Positions 18,151-25,363 of a stretch of DNA of 64,000 nucleotides are shown piece by piece. The position numbers and the translations under genes are program-made. The notes beneath the pieces were generated by a model, which worked only from the letters and a program-made list of their open reading frames with translations, was not told the origin of the DNA and ran no database searches. Where the stretch lies: the NCBI GenBank assembly GCA_017608025.1, contig JAFCGM010000002.1, forward strand, positions 6,250 through 70,249. Reading direction: 5' to 3'. How positions within the stretch are numbered: the first letter of the stretch is position 1; every line of letters starts with the position of its first letter. The stretch is from Candidatus Pacearchaeota archaeon (lineage in GTDB: Archaea; Nanobdellota; Nanobdellia; UBA10117; JABICX01).

Positions 18151-18543
18151 TTAGTATACGTATGCTATAAGAACGCCTCCTGAATTTTCATCTTTTGCTT
18201 GAAAATGTGTTAAAAGACCTTTTGGAGTTGAAACAATAAGTCTTCCAAAATTAACTGCTGGTAGATATCTTGTCTCAAACTTCTCAAAATCATCAACACT
18301 AACTGAGAATCTTGGCTTTATGACTCCAATATTATTTATAGCATGGGACAATTCTATTTTCAAAACTCCGCCACGTGAATCTTTGTTAAACTTATAGTTT
18401 GAAATATATTTTTCCTTTTTGAGAATTTCGCAAATTTTTATAAGCAATTTTGAAGCTGGAGCTACTTCTATGTTCTTTTTTCCTGCTTTTTCAGCATTCT
18501 TTATTTTTGAAAGCGCGTTTGCAATTAAATCGTTTGATGACAT
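18151..18543 (-). CDS. rps8: Ribosomal protein S8 (uS8)
   Basis: MSSNDLIANALSKIKNAE... conserved uS8 sequence. Confidence 0.9.
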   Translation of the reverse strand: MSSNDLIANALSKIKNAEKAGKKNIEVAPASKLLIKICEILKKEKYISNYKFNKDSRGGVLKIELSHAINNIGVIKPRFSVSVDDFEKFETRYLPAVNFGRLIVSTPKGLLTHFQAKDENSGGVLIAYVY

Positions 18544-18546
18544 TTT

Positions 18547-18765
18547 TTACCTCAATTTTTTAAATCCTAATTCCTTTGCAACTTCTCTGAAACATCTTCT
18601 ACAAATGTTCAAATTGTATTTGCTTAAGTGACCTCTTTTTCCTCCGCACATTCTACATTTAGAAAGTGCTTGACCAAATTTTCGATTTTTAGGAGAGTTA
18701 TTTCTAAGAAACCTTTGTTTTTTCGTCTTTCCTGGAATTATTTTGTCTATGCCTATTTTTTTCAT
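18547..18765 (-). CDS. rps14: Ribosomal protein S14 (uS14, Zn-binding type)
   Basis: CRMCGGKRGHLSKYNLNICRRCFRE zinc motif. Confidence 0.8.
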   Translation of the reverse strand: MKKIGIDKIIPGKTKKQRFLRNNSPKNRKFGQALSKCRMCGGKRGHLSKYNLNICRRCFREVAKELGFKKLR

Positions 18766-19274
18766 TTAACTTCAACTCCCAACTCTTTTTTAGCAAAAGA
18801 TATTGAATCTTCTTTTAATATTTTATGCTTTTTAGAAATTTTTGATTTTATTTTTCTCTTTTTTATTCTAAATCCAGGTCTCTCAAGAGTAACGCAAACA
18901 TCTAGTCCTTTCATTCCAATGTCAACATCATACTTGAATCCTGGTATATCTATATATTCTGAAACTCCAAATGCAAAACCATTTTCATCAAAGCAGGACT
19001 CTGGAAGAGTGTTTTCCCTTGCTTGAAGGAGCTTCTTTAATACTTCTTCTGCTTCTTTTCCTCGCAAAGTAAGTTTTGCTCCAATAGGCATTCCTGGTCG
19101 TATATTAAAAGTTGGAACTCTTTTCTTAGCAAGGCATTGAATAGGTTTTTTGCTTGAAAACTTTGAAAGCAATTTTATTGCTTTTTTGCAGTTCTTTTCA
19201 TCATTGCCAGTTCCCATATTTAGAACTACTTTTTCAATTCTTATTTTGCGCATAGGGTTTTCTTTTTCTTCCAT
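18762..19274 (-). CDS. rpl5: Ribosomal protein L5 (uL5)
   Basis: uL5 sequence. Confidence 0.9.
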   Translation of the reverse strand: MEEKENPMRKIRIEKVVLNMGTGNDEKNCKKAIKLLSKFSSKKPIQCLAKKRVPTFNIRPGMPIGAKLTLRGKEAEEVLKKLLQARENTLPESCFDENGFAFGVSEYIDIPGFKYDVDIGMKGLDVCVTLERPGFRIKKRKIKSKISKKHKILKEDSISFAKKELGVEVK

Positions 19275-19275
19275 T

Positions 19276-19992
19276 TTAATTCAACTTTATTGCTGGCTTG
19301 TCTTTTCCAACAACAATAACATTTTTCAAATCAGCTTCAGATAAATTTCCTTTTTCATCTTTTGCTATGGCTATTTTTTGCTTTTTCAATATTCCTTTTT
19401 CAGTGATTTCTTCTAGTTTGGCAGTGCTACCTACTTTTTTTCCACCAAAAAAATACAGCAAGCTTCCTTTTTTAAGAGGAAGGGTTTCTTGCTCTTTTCT
19501 TTTTTCTGAATCATAAACAACTACGTCGCCTGTTTTGTAGTTTCCTTTGCTTACTAAAATGTTCCATCCATTCATGAAATTAAGCTGAATTTTTCCTTTT
19601 TTTATCTTTGACTTGTTTTCAATTCTAAGCAAAAGTATTTTTGCTTCTTTTTCTGGAATTTCTATGAACTTGAATTTTCGATTTTTTCCAATAACAACTC
19701 TGTAGTGCTTATTTATTTTTGGAAAAGAAATTACATCAAAAAGCCCTACTGGGAAATTTATTTCTTTTATTGAACGATTGTTAACAATAACTTCTTTATT
19801 GTAAATCAAATATTTAGCTCGTTTTCTTGAATCTGAAATTTTTAGGATTTCTGTTAAAATAACTGAAAGAGGCATTGAAGTTAATATGTTATGTGTTCCA
19901 GCAATAGGTTTTGCTATCCATTTTATTCCTTTCCTTTTTATTGGCCATGCTTTTGGTGCATTAAGCCTTGATAGATGTTGTTTCTTACTCAT
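19276..19992 (-). CDS. rps4e: Ribosomal protein S4e (eS4)
   Basis: MSKKQHLSRLNAPKAWPI... eS4 N-terminus. Confidence 0.9.
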   Translation of the reverse strand: MSKKQHLSRLNAPKAWPIKRKGIKWIAKPIAGTHNILTSMPLSVILTEILKISDSRKRAKYLIYNKEVIVNNRSIKEINFPVGLFDVISFPKINKHYRVVIGKNRKFKFIEIPEKEAKILLLRIENKSKIKKGKIQLNFMNGWNILVSKGNYKTGDVVVYDSEKRKEQETLPLKKGSLLYFFGGKKVGSTAKLEEITEKGILKKQKIAIAKDEKGNLSEADLKNVIVVGKDKPAIKLN

Positions 19993-20515
19993 TGTTTTTT
20001 CCTCCTTTTGAATCAGTTTTTACTGGCTTTATTGTTTTTGTTGATGATTTTTCAATTGCTTGCTTTCTTGTCCTTCCAGCGAAGGGACCCACGCTGGCGC
20101 TATCTTCGCCTTTGGCTCGATAGCTCTTAGATTGTGATGATTTTTCAATTGCTTGCTTTCTCTTCTTGTCAGATAAATCAATATCAATTATTTGAACATT
20201 TGAAGGAGATATTGGGTATTTAATTACTCGGCCTTCTTCTTTTTTGAATTCTGCTTTTCTGACAAAGATTTTGCTCTTTTTTAGAGACACTTTTTCAACT
20301 TCTCCAATCAATCCTTTGAATTGGCCTCTAAGGATTTTTACCTTGTCTTTAACTCGAATTGGAATGTTTCTTGTATTGTATTTTTTTCGCAAATCTTTTG
20401 AAAGTAAAGCAGACATAAACTTTCTTTTTACATGAAGCGGAGAATTGAATCGATATTTCCTCTGCTTTCTAGGCTGTTTGCTTGACTTCCATTTTTTAGA
20501 CCAAAGAGTTTTCAT
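19985..20515 (-). CDS. rpl24: Ribosomal protein L24 (uL24, KOW) with C-terminal tail carrying an in-frame repeat-element insertion
   Basis: KOW motif KVKILRGQFKG. Tail contains ...EDSASVGPFAGRT... flanked by an exact 27-bp duplication. Start taken at MKTLW. Confidence 0.85.
   Translation of the reverse strand: MKTLWSKKWKSSKQPRKQRKYRFNSPLHVKRKFMSALLSKDLRKKYNTRNIPIRVKDKVKILRGQFKGLIGEVEKVSLKKSKIFVRKAEFKKEEGRVIKYPISPSNVQIIDIDLSDKKRKQAIEKSSQSKSYRAKGEDSASVGPFAGRTRKQAIEKSSTKTIKPVKTDSKGGKNNE
20069..20134 (-). repeat. Family-A short element (66 bp), in frame inside the uL24 tail
   Basis: gtccttCCAGCGaagggacccaCGCTGGcgctatcttcgcctttggctcgatagc, flanked by exact 27-bp direct repeats (20042-20068 / 20135-20161). 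Confidence 0.85.
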
Positions 20516-20520
20516 TTTGA

Positions 20521-20925
20521 TTATAACATTATGCTTGCTGTTTTTGCCACCTGAGACCATCGATATGCAACTTCTTTTGCAATCGGACCTTTAATTAAAG
20601 TACCTTTTGGTGTTCCCAAACGAACATCACGCAAAACAATTCCTGCATTGTCCTCAAATTTAACTTTTGTTCCGTCAGGTCGGGAATATTCCTTTTTTTG
20701 CCGGACAATAACGACAGGAACAACTTGGTGCACCATGTCTGGCTTTCCTGCCTTAACAGCAACAGTAACCAAGTCAGAAACGCCTGCAGAAGCAAGCTTT
20801 CTTGTTCTTGTCTTATAACCGCGAACAGAGATTATCTGTCCAAGTCTTGCTCCTGAATTATCTGCTATGTTAATTACAGTTCCCAAAGGCATGCTTTTTG
20901 ATATTCTTGTTTTTACTGATTTCAT
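20521..20925 (-). CDS. rpl14: Ribosomal protein L14 (uL14)
   Basis: MKSVKTRISKSMPLGTVINIADNSGAR... uL14 sequence. Confidence 0.9.
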   Translation of the reverse strand: MKSVKTRISKSMPLGTVINIADNSGARLGQIISVRGYKTRTRKLASAGVSDLVTVAVKAGKPDMVHQVVPVVIVRQKKEYSRPDGTKVKFEDNAGIVLRDVRLGTPKGTLIKGPIAKEVAYRWSQVAKTASIML

Positions 20926-20936
20926 TTTTTGTCCTC

Positions 20937-21090
20937 TGTCCTTCTGCTGAAGGGACCCACAGCGGTCGTGTAAAGCTTTGCTTCACACAACGGTTTAACT
21001 CTAGTGACTGTCCTTCTGCTGAAGCCACTCATAGCAGTGCTATCTTCAGAAACAAAGTTTCCTTGATAACAGGTATTTAGCATTATAGGA
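20937..21090 (-). repeat. Two tandem family-A elements (A3a 20937-21008, A3b 21009-21090) inserted at the S17 stop / L14 start overlap
   Basis: Flanked by 26-bp direct repeats ttcattttttgtcctctgtccttctg (20921-20946 / 21091-21116) that each contain the ATGA overlap. Confidence 0.8.
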
Positions 21091-21091
21091 T

Positions 21092-21463
21092 TCATTTTTT
21101 GTCCTCTGTCCTTCTGTTTATTGAATCTATTTTTTCATATACAACAAATTTCTTTGTTTTGGAAATTGGCCTGCATTCTGCAATTTTAACTATATCTCCT
21201 TTTTTTGCATTGATATGTTCTGGAAGATGAGCTTTGACTTTTGAGCTTCTTTTTTCATATCTTTCATATTTTGGAATTTTAATGTGCCTTGACCACTTTA
21301 CTGTAACAGTTTTCATCATTTTGTCAGAAACAACTGTTCCTGTAAAGACTCTACCTCTCAGAGGTATGCTTATTTTTGGAGATTTATTATTTTTTTCCAA
21401 TTCATTCACCTTTTGCTTGGTTTTCTCGTGTTTTTTCATTTTTTTATTTTGAGCCGATCCCAT
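21092..21463 (-). CDS. rps17: Ribosomal protein S17 (uS17) with Lys-rich N-terminal extension
   Basis: uS17 OB-fold core. C-terminus ...NRRTEDKK. Confidence 0.85.
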   Translation of the reverse strand: MGSAQNKKMKKHEKTKQKVNELEKNNKSPKISIPLRGRVFTGTVVSDKMMKTVTVKWSRHIKIPKYERYEKRSSKVKAHLPEHINAKKGDIVKIAECRPISKTKKFVVYEKIDSINRRTEDKK

Positions 21464-21708
21464 GGTCTTTTTTCAATTTCTTCTCCATTTATTTCGACTT
21501 TTTCTTTTGATGGAAGAGTTATTTTAAGAGTTATGTTTTTTTTAAACAGTCTCTTAACTTTGTTTTTTGTTTTTATTTGAAGCGTATGATATGTTTCATT
21601 TACAATCTTGCCTTTTAATCCAAGATTGCACTTGTTTTTTGCCGCTGAAATTTCAGCATTAAGGCCAATTAGTTCGTGCCTTTGAATGTTTTGCTTTGTT
21701 ATTGGCAT
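21436..21708 (-). CDS. rnp1: RNase P protein component 1 (Rpp29/Pop4-like)
   Basis: Small Sm-like basic protein. Sits at the conserved archaeal position between SUI1/L29 and S17. Confidence 0.6.
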   Translation of the reverse strand: MPITKQNIQRHELIGLNAEISAAKNKCNLGLKGKIVNETYHTLQIKTKNKVKRLFKKNITLKITLPSKEKVEINGEEIEKRPWDRLKIKK

Positions 21709-21709
21709 G

Positions 21710-22015
21710 TTATTTTATTTCAATGCTGTCTTCATTATATCCTAGCTGTATCAAGACTTCCTTTACACGATGCTTTTGGTTTCCTTGAAGTTCAATCACC
21801 TTGTCTTTTATGGTTCCACCGCAAGCAAGTTTTTGCTTTAGTTTTTTTGCAAGATCCTTTGCTTCTTTTTCTTCTGAAACTCCTTCAACAAGAGTTACAG
21901 GCTTTCCATATCTTCTTTGTGTAAGACGAATAGTTATTGTTGCTTGCTCTTTTGCAATTGTTTTGCACATGCAAAGATCTTTTGGAAGTCCGCAGACCGG
22001 ACATATGTCAGTCAT
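21710..22015 (-). CDS. Translation initiation factor SUI1 (aSUI1/eIF1)
   Basis: SUI1 domain ...TLVEGV...KLACGGT... with an N-terminal CPVCG...CMC zinc knuckle. Confidence 0.85.
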   Translation of the reverse strand: MTDICPVCGLPKDLCMCKTIAKEQATITIRLTQRRYGKPVTLVEGVSEEKEAKDLAKKLKQKLACGGTIKDKVIELQGNQKHRVKEVLIQLGYNEDSIEIK

Positions 22016-22221
22016 TATTTGTTTTTTACCTCCGTATTTTTTATGAACATTAACCTAGCAATAGTTTTTCGTATCTCACGAATTCTCCCGGCATTTTCCG
22101 GAGTTGCTCCAGCACTTATTTGGGAATTCAGCTTAAGTACTTCTTTTCGCAATTCCTCTATTTTTGAATCAATTTCCTTTGAACTCATTTTTCTTGCATC
22201 TTTTGCTCTGATTATTGCCAT
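22015..22221 (-). CDS. rpl29: Ribosomal protein L29 (uL29)
   Basis: MAIIRAKDARKMSSKEIDSKIEELRKEVLKL. The 14 upstream codons in the ORF track are the repeat element, not protein. Confidence 0.85.
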   Translation of the reverse strand: MAIIRAKDARKMSSKEIDSKIEELRKEVLKLNSQISAGATPENAGRIREIRKTIARLMFIKNTEVKNK

Positions 22222-22303
22222 TGTCCTTCTGCTGAAGGGACCCACAGCAGCTCTACCGAGCAAAGCTCGATAGCGCGAATGGATTCCTTAGTTTTTTTCC
22301 TCC
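22222..22303 (-). repeat. Family-A full-length element (A4) occupying the whole S3-L29 junction
   Basis: Minus-sense: GGAGGaaaaaaaCTAAGGAAtccatTCGCGCTATCgagctttgctcggtagagctgctGTGGGTCCCTTCagcaGAAGGACA then ATG. Its first 16 nt encode the S3 C-terminus and stop. Confidence 0.85.
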
Positions 22304-23124
22304 TTTTTAGATTTGGGTTTTGATTTTTTGGTTTTTTCTTCAGATTTCTTTTCTTCTTTTTTTGTTTCTGATATTTTTGCTGGTTTTGATTTTTCTTTCT
22401 CAACTTCCTTAGATTTTGCTGATTTTGCTGATTTTGCTGATTTTTCAGCTTGATTTTCAGCTTCTTTAGCAGAGATTTCCTCTTTTGAAATGAGGTTTCC
22501 TTTTTCATCTACCTCTTCAACATGAATTGTTTTGAACTTGACTTTGTCTGGAAGCGGAGTATTTGGAAGCATTATCTTAACTTTAATTCCAACTGCTCCG
22601 GACTTTGTATTTGCAACCATTGTTGCTGAATCAACAAGGTCTTGAGCTACATGTCCACATTTCTTCATATATCCATTATAAAATCTCCAAACCCGGGATC
22701 TCTGGCTTGGAACTTTTCCAGATATTTTTATTTCGCAACCCATTGCTCCTGCTTTCATTACATTTGAAAGGCTGTTATATGAAATAGGTTTAAATCTTCG
22801 GATTCCGAAATTTTCAAGTTTGAATAATATGTTTCTTGCAATTACTTTTGCATTTAAGTTAGGTTCCTGAATTTCACGAACTTCTATTTGAGGATTTTCA
22901 AGCTTAAAAGTATTTTTTAGTATTTTTGTTAGGTCTTTAATTGTTTCTCCGCCCCTTCCAATTATTAATCCAGGTTTTACTGCTTCAATAATTACTTTTT
23001 CTCCAAGAGGTGTTTTTTCAAAATAAATTCCTCCAATTCCTGCTCTGGAACTTATTCTGCTTTCTATTTTGTTCTTTATATACAATTCATTAATCTTGTT
23101 TTTAATAAATTCCCGCTCTATCAT
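22288..23124 (-). CDS. rps3: Ribosomal protein S3 (uS3) with K/E-rich C-terminal tail
   Basis: KH domain GRGGETIKDL. The last 5 codons and the stop lie inside repeat element A4. Confidence 0.9.
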   Translation of the reverse strand: MIEREFIKNKINELYIKNKIESRISSRAGIGGIYFEKTPLGEKVIIEAVKPGLIIGRGGETIKDLTKILKNTFKLENPQIEVREIQEPNLNAKVIARNILFKLENFGIRRFKPISYNSLSNVMKAGAMGCEIKISGKVPSQRSRVWRFYNGYMKKCGHVAQDLVDSATMVANTKSGAVGIKVKIMLPNTPLPDKVKFKTIHVEEVDEKGNLISKEEISAKEAENQAEKSAKSAKSAKSKEVEKEKSKPAKISETKKEEKKSEEKTKKSKPKSKKEEKN

Positions 23125-23606
23125 TTCTTAACCTCTTTTTTATTGGTTTTTTCTTCTTTCTTTTTTCCTGTTTTTGACTCAATCACAACTTCAAAATGTG
23201 CTATTTTCCTTTTTCTGCCTCTGTGCCTTCCATAGTGCCAAGAGGTTGGTCCTTTTTGCGCAGAAGCGTGAATTATAATAAGGTCTTTTTCATCAAATCC
23301 TTTTTCAAGTGCATTTGAAACTGCAGCATACACTACTTTTTTTATTTCATGCACTGTTTTGACAGGATATCTTCCTGTTGCTATTTTTCCTCTTCGATGA
23401 GGTATGCTTTTGTAAAACTTTTTGTAAGGCACAGGCATTTTCTTTTCAAGAATCCAGTCCAGCTCTCTTTTAACTCTCTTTATTTCTTTTCCTTTCAAAA
23501 AATTAGCAACTTCAATAGCCTTTTTTCTTGATATTGGCAAGTTAAGGCCTACTGCTCTAGCCATTCTTTCTTTGTTGAATTCCTGAAATACATAATTGTA
23601 TGCCAT
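23121..23606 (-). CDS. rpl22: Ribosomal protein L22 (uL22)
   Basis: uL22 sequence. Confidence 0.9.
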   Translation of the reverse strand: MAYNYVFQEFNKERMARAVGLNLPISRKKAIEVANFLKGKEIKRVKRELDWILEKKMPVPYKKFYKSIPHRRGKIATGRYPVKTVHEIKKVVYAAVSNALEKGFDEKDLIIIHASAQKGPTSWHYGRHRGRKRKIAHFEVVIESKTGKKKEEKTNKKEVKK

Positions 23607-23684
23607 TGTCTTTAAAGCAAAGGACTTGCGCGGGCTCTACCGAGCAAACTCGATAGCGCGAAAGTTCCTTAGTTTTTTGCCTCC
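23607..23684 (-). repeat. Family-A variant element (A5) between S19 and L22, abutting the L22 ATG
   Basis: GGAGGcaaaaaaCTAAGGAACTTTCGCGCTATCgagtttgctcggtagagcccgcgcaagtcctttgctttaaagaca then ATG. Confidence 0.75.
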
Positions 23685-23703
23685 TTTTTAAGATATTTCA
23701 TTT

Positions 23704-24099
23704 TTACTTTACACTTAATGCTTTGGAACCTTTTGTTGCTCCGATTCCTGGAGCTTTATGAGATACTTCTTTTCTTGTTCTTACAAATTCACCGATTCTG
23801 TGACCGGTTTTTTCTGCGTCAAGCTCCACTGTTAAGAACTCTTTTCCATTGTAAACAAGAAGCTTAACTCCAAACAAATCTGGAGTTATTATTAAATCTC
23901 GAACATGAGTTTTGATTGGCTTTGGATTACTTTGCTCTTTTCTTTTCTTGATTTTTTCAATTAATTTTTTCTGCTCAGGAGTATAGCCTCTTTTCAAAGA
24001 TCGCCTTGCTCTTGAATCAAGAAGCTGCATTATTTCCTGACGGGTTAACTTAACAAGTTCCTCTTCTGTTTTTCCTTTGAATTTGAATACTTTTGCCAT
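23704..24099 (-). CDS. rps19: Ribosomal protein S19 (uS19)
   Basis: ...GKEFLTVELDAEKTGHRIGEF... uS19 signature. Confidence 0.9.
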   Translation of the reverse strand: MAKVFKFKGKTEEELVKLTRQEIMQLLDSRARRSLKRGYTPEQKKLIEKIKKRKEQSNPKPIKTHVRDLIITPDLFGVKLLVYNGKEFLTVELDAEKTGHRIGEFVRTRKEVSHKAPGIGATKGSKALSVK

Positions 24100-24180
24100 T
24101 GTCCTTCTAACAAGTTCTTTGTTTGCTAGCCTCCATTATTATTTTTCTATTTATCATTTTTTTACTTGCCGCGTCCTGCT

Positions 24181-24240
24181 CCCTTTTCTTTAGAAAAGAA
24201 AAGGTAAGTTTCCAAAAGAAACTTTTTTGAGCATTGTTAT
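24181..24240. repeat. Family-E palindromic element inserted between L2 and S19 with ~30-bp target duplication
   Basis: cccttttctttagaaaagaaaaggtaagtttccaaaagaaac, flanked by tatcatttttttacttgccgcgtcctg at 24151-24177 and 24243-24269. Confidence 0.75.
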
Positions 24241-24251
24241 CTATCATTTTT

Positions 24252-24965
24252 TTACTTGCCGCGTCCTGATTTTTTAGCTGAAAGCATTCCAACTTTCTGT
24301 CCTGGTGAACGTCCTTTTCTTCTTACAGTTGTTGATGTAGGTCTGTGCCTTCTGTGCGTTCCACCGTGTGGGTGGTCAACTGCGTTCATTGCAACTCCTT
24401 TTACTTTTGAAACAAGCTTGTTTTTTGCTTTTCTTTTGTGGTATGAGTTTCCAGCCTTTATTAAAGGCTTGTTTTTAACTCCAACTCCTGCAACTACTCC
24501 AAGAGATGCATAGCATTCTGGATTTAGTTTTATTTGCCTTTTTGAAGGCATCTTAATTACAATATTTTTCTTTTCTTTTGCAACCAATATTCCAGAAGCT
24601 CCTGCTGCTCTCAAAAGCTTTCCATTTTGTCCTGGAACTTTTTCTATGTTGAAAACTCTTGCTCCGATAGGAATGTCTTTCAAAGCAATTGCATTTCCAA
24701 CTGAAGAGTCTTTTCCTCCATAAAAAACTGTTTGTCCAACTTTGATTCCCATTGGTGCTGGAAGCAAACACATTTGATCATCTTCATATTTTACTATCAT
24801 TAGTGGAGCTGAGTGTCCTACAGAGTTTACAATATCAATAACCTCCCCCTGAAGTATTTCTTTGGACTTAATTGGGTAACGAATTTCTCCAAAATAACGG
24901 TGGCTTGGAGACTTATATCTAGGTGAGCCTTTTCCTCTTCTTTGCGTAATAAGCCTTTTTCCCAT
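24252..24965 (-). CDS. rpl2: Ribosomal protein L2 (uL2)
   Basis: uL2 sequence with a GGTHRRHRP-type C-terminus. Start taken at MGKRLITQRRGKG. The 11 upstream codons in the ORF track are the repeat element. Confidence 0.9.
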   Translation of the reverse strand: MGKRLITQRRGKGSPRYKSPSHRYFGEIRYPIKSKEILQGEVIDIVNSVGHSAPLMIVKYEDDQMCLLPAPMGIKVGQTVFYGGKDSSVGNAIALKDIPIGARVFNIEKVPGQNGKLLRAAGASGILVAKEKKNIVIKMPSKRQIKLNPECYASLGVVAGVGVKNKPLIKAGNSYHKRKAKNKLVSKVKGVAMNAVDHPHGGTHRRHRPTSTTVRRKGRSPGQKVGMLSAKKSGRGK

Positions 24966-25074
24966 GTCCTTCTCGCGAAGGGACCCACTCAGCCGCAAAA
25001 TCGGCTGGCGCTTTCATCAGGCAGATGTTGGTCTGATGCCTGATAGCGCGAAAGTTCCTTAGTTTTTTGCCTCC
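24966..25074 (-). repeat. Family-A long element (A6, 109 bp) between L23 and L2, abutting the L2 ATG
   Basis: GGAGGcaaaaaaCTAAGGAACTTTCGCGCTATCaggcatcagaccaacatctgcctgatgaaagcgccagccgATTTTGcggctgagtGGGTCCCTTCgcgaGAAGGAC then ATG. Confidence 0.85.
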
Positions 25075-25099
25075 ATTATTTTTATCATTATTCTTCTCC

Positions 25100-25363
25100 T
25101 TATACTAATCCTAATTTTGAAGTTATGTCTGCTGCAGGTGTTTCTGCGCTTAATTTAATATATGCTTTTTTCTTGCCATTCATTGTTTTTTGTGTTCTAA
25201 CATTAAGGACTTTTATGTCAAAAGCCTTTTCTGCAGCCCATTTTATTGACCTTTTTGTTGCATTCTTGTCTACAATGAATATGAGGCAGTTTTCTGCTTC
25301 CATTTCCCTAACTGCTTTTTCTGTGCTTAATGGATATTTGATTATTAAATAAGGGTCATTCAT
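25100..25363 (-). CDS. rpl23: Ribosomal protein L23 (uL23)
   Basis: uL23 sequence. Confidence 0.9.
   Translation of the reverse strand: MNDPYLIIKYPLSTEKAVREMEAENCLIFIVDKNATKRSIKWAAEKAFDIKVLNVRTQKTMNGKKKAYIKLSAETPAADITSKLGLV

Noticed and set aside
20133-20139. TGTGATGA (C-box-like) in the uL24-tail duplication, suggesting a C/D-box sRNA.
   Set aside because: No matching D box or terminal stem at the right spacing. The motif is part of the duplicated coding target, so it is most likely coincidental.
22015-22263. N-terminal extensions in the ORF track that translate as ...AAVGPFSRRTM..., seen on L29, L2, thrS, tatD and the PLD gene. They might suggest a shared N-terminal peptide.
   Set aside because: They are the family-A element read through in frame upstream of the real ATG. 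Conserved N-termini of the proteins start at the internal Met, and the nucleotide-level compensatory changes show the selection is on RNA or DNA structure, not on a peptide.
24107-24292. ORF 24107-24292, whose translation contains a repeated QDAASKKMI peptide and could look like a small repetitive protein.
   Set aside because: The peptide repeat comes from the 27-bp target duplication that flanks the family-E insertion in the L2-S19 spacer. There is no independent coding evidence.
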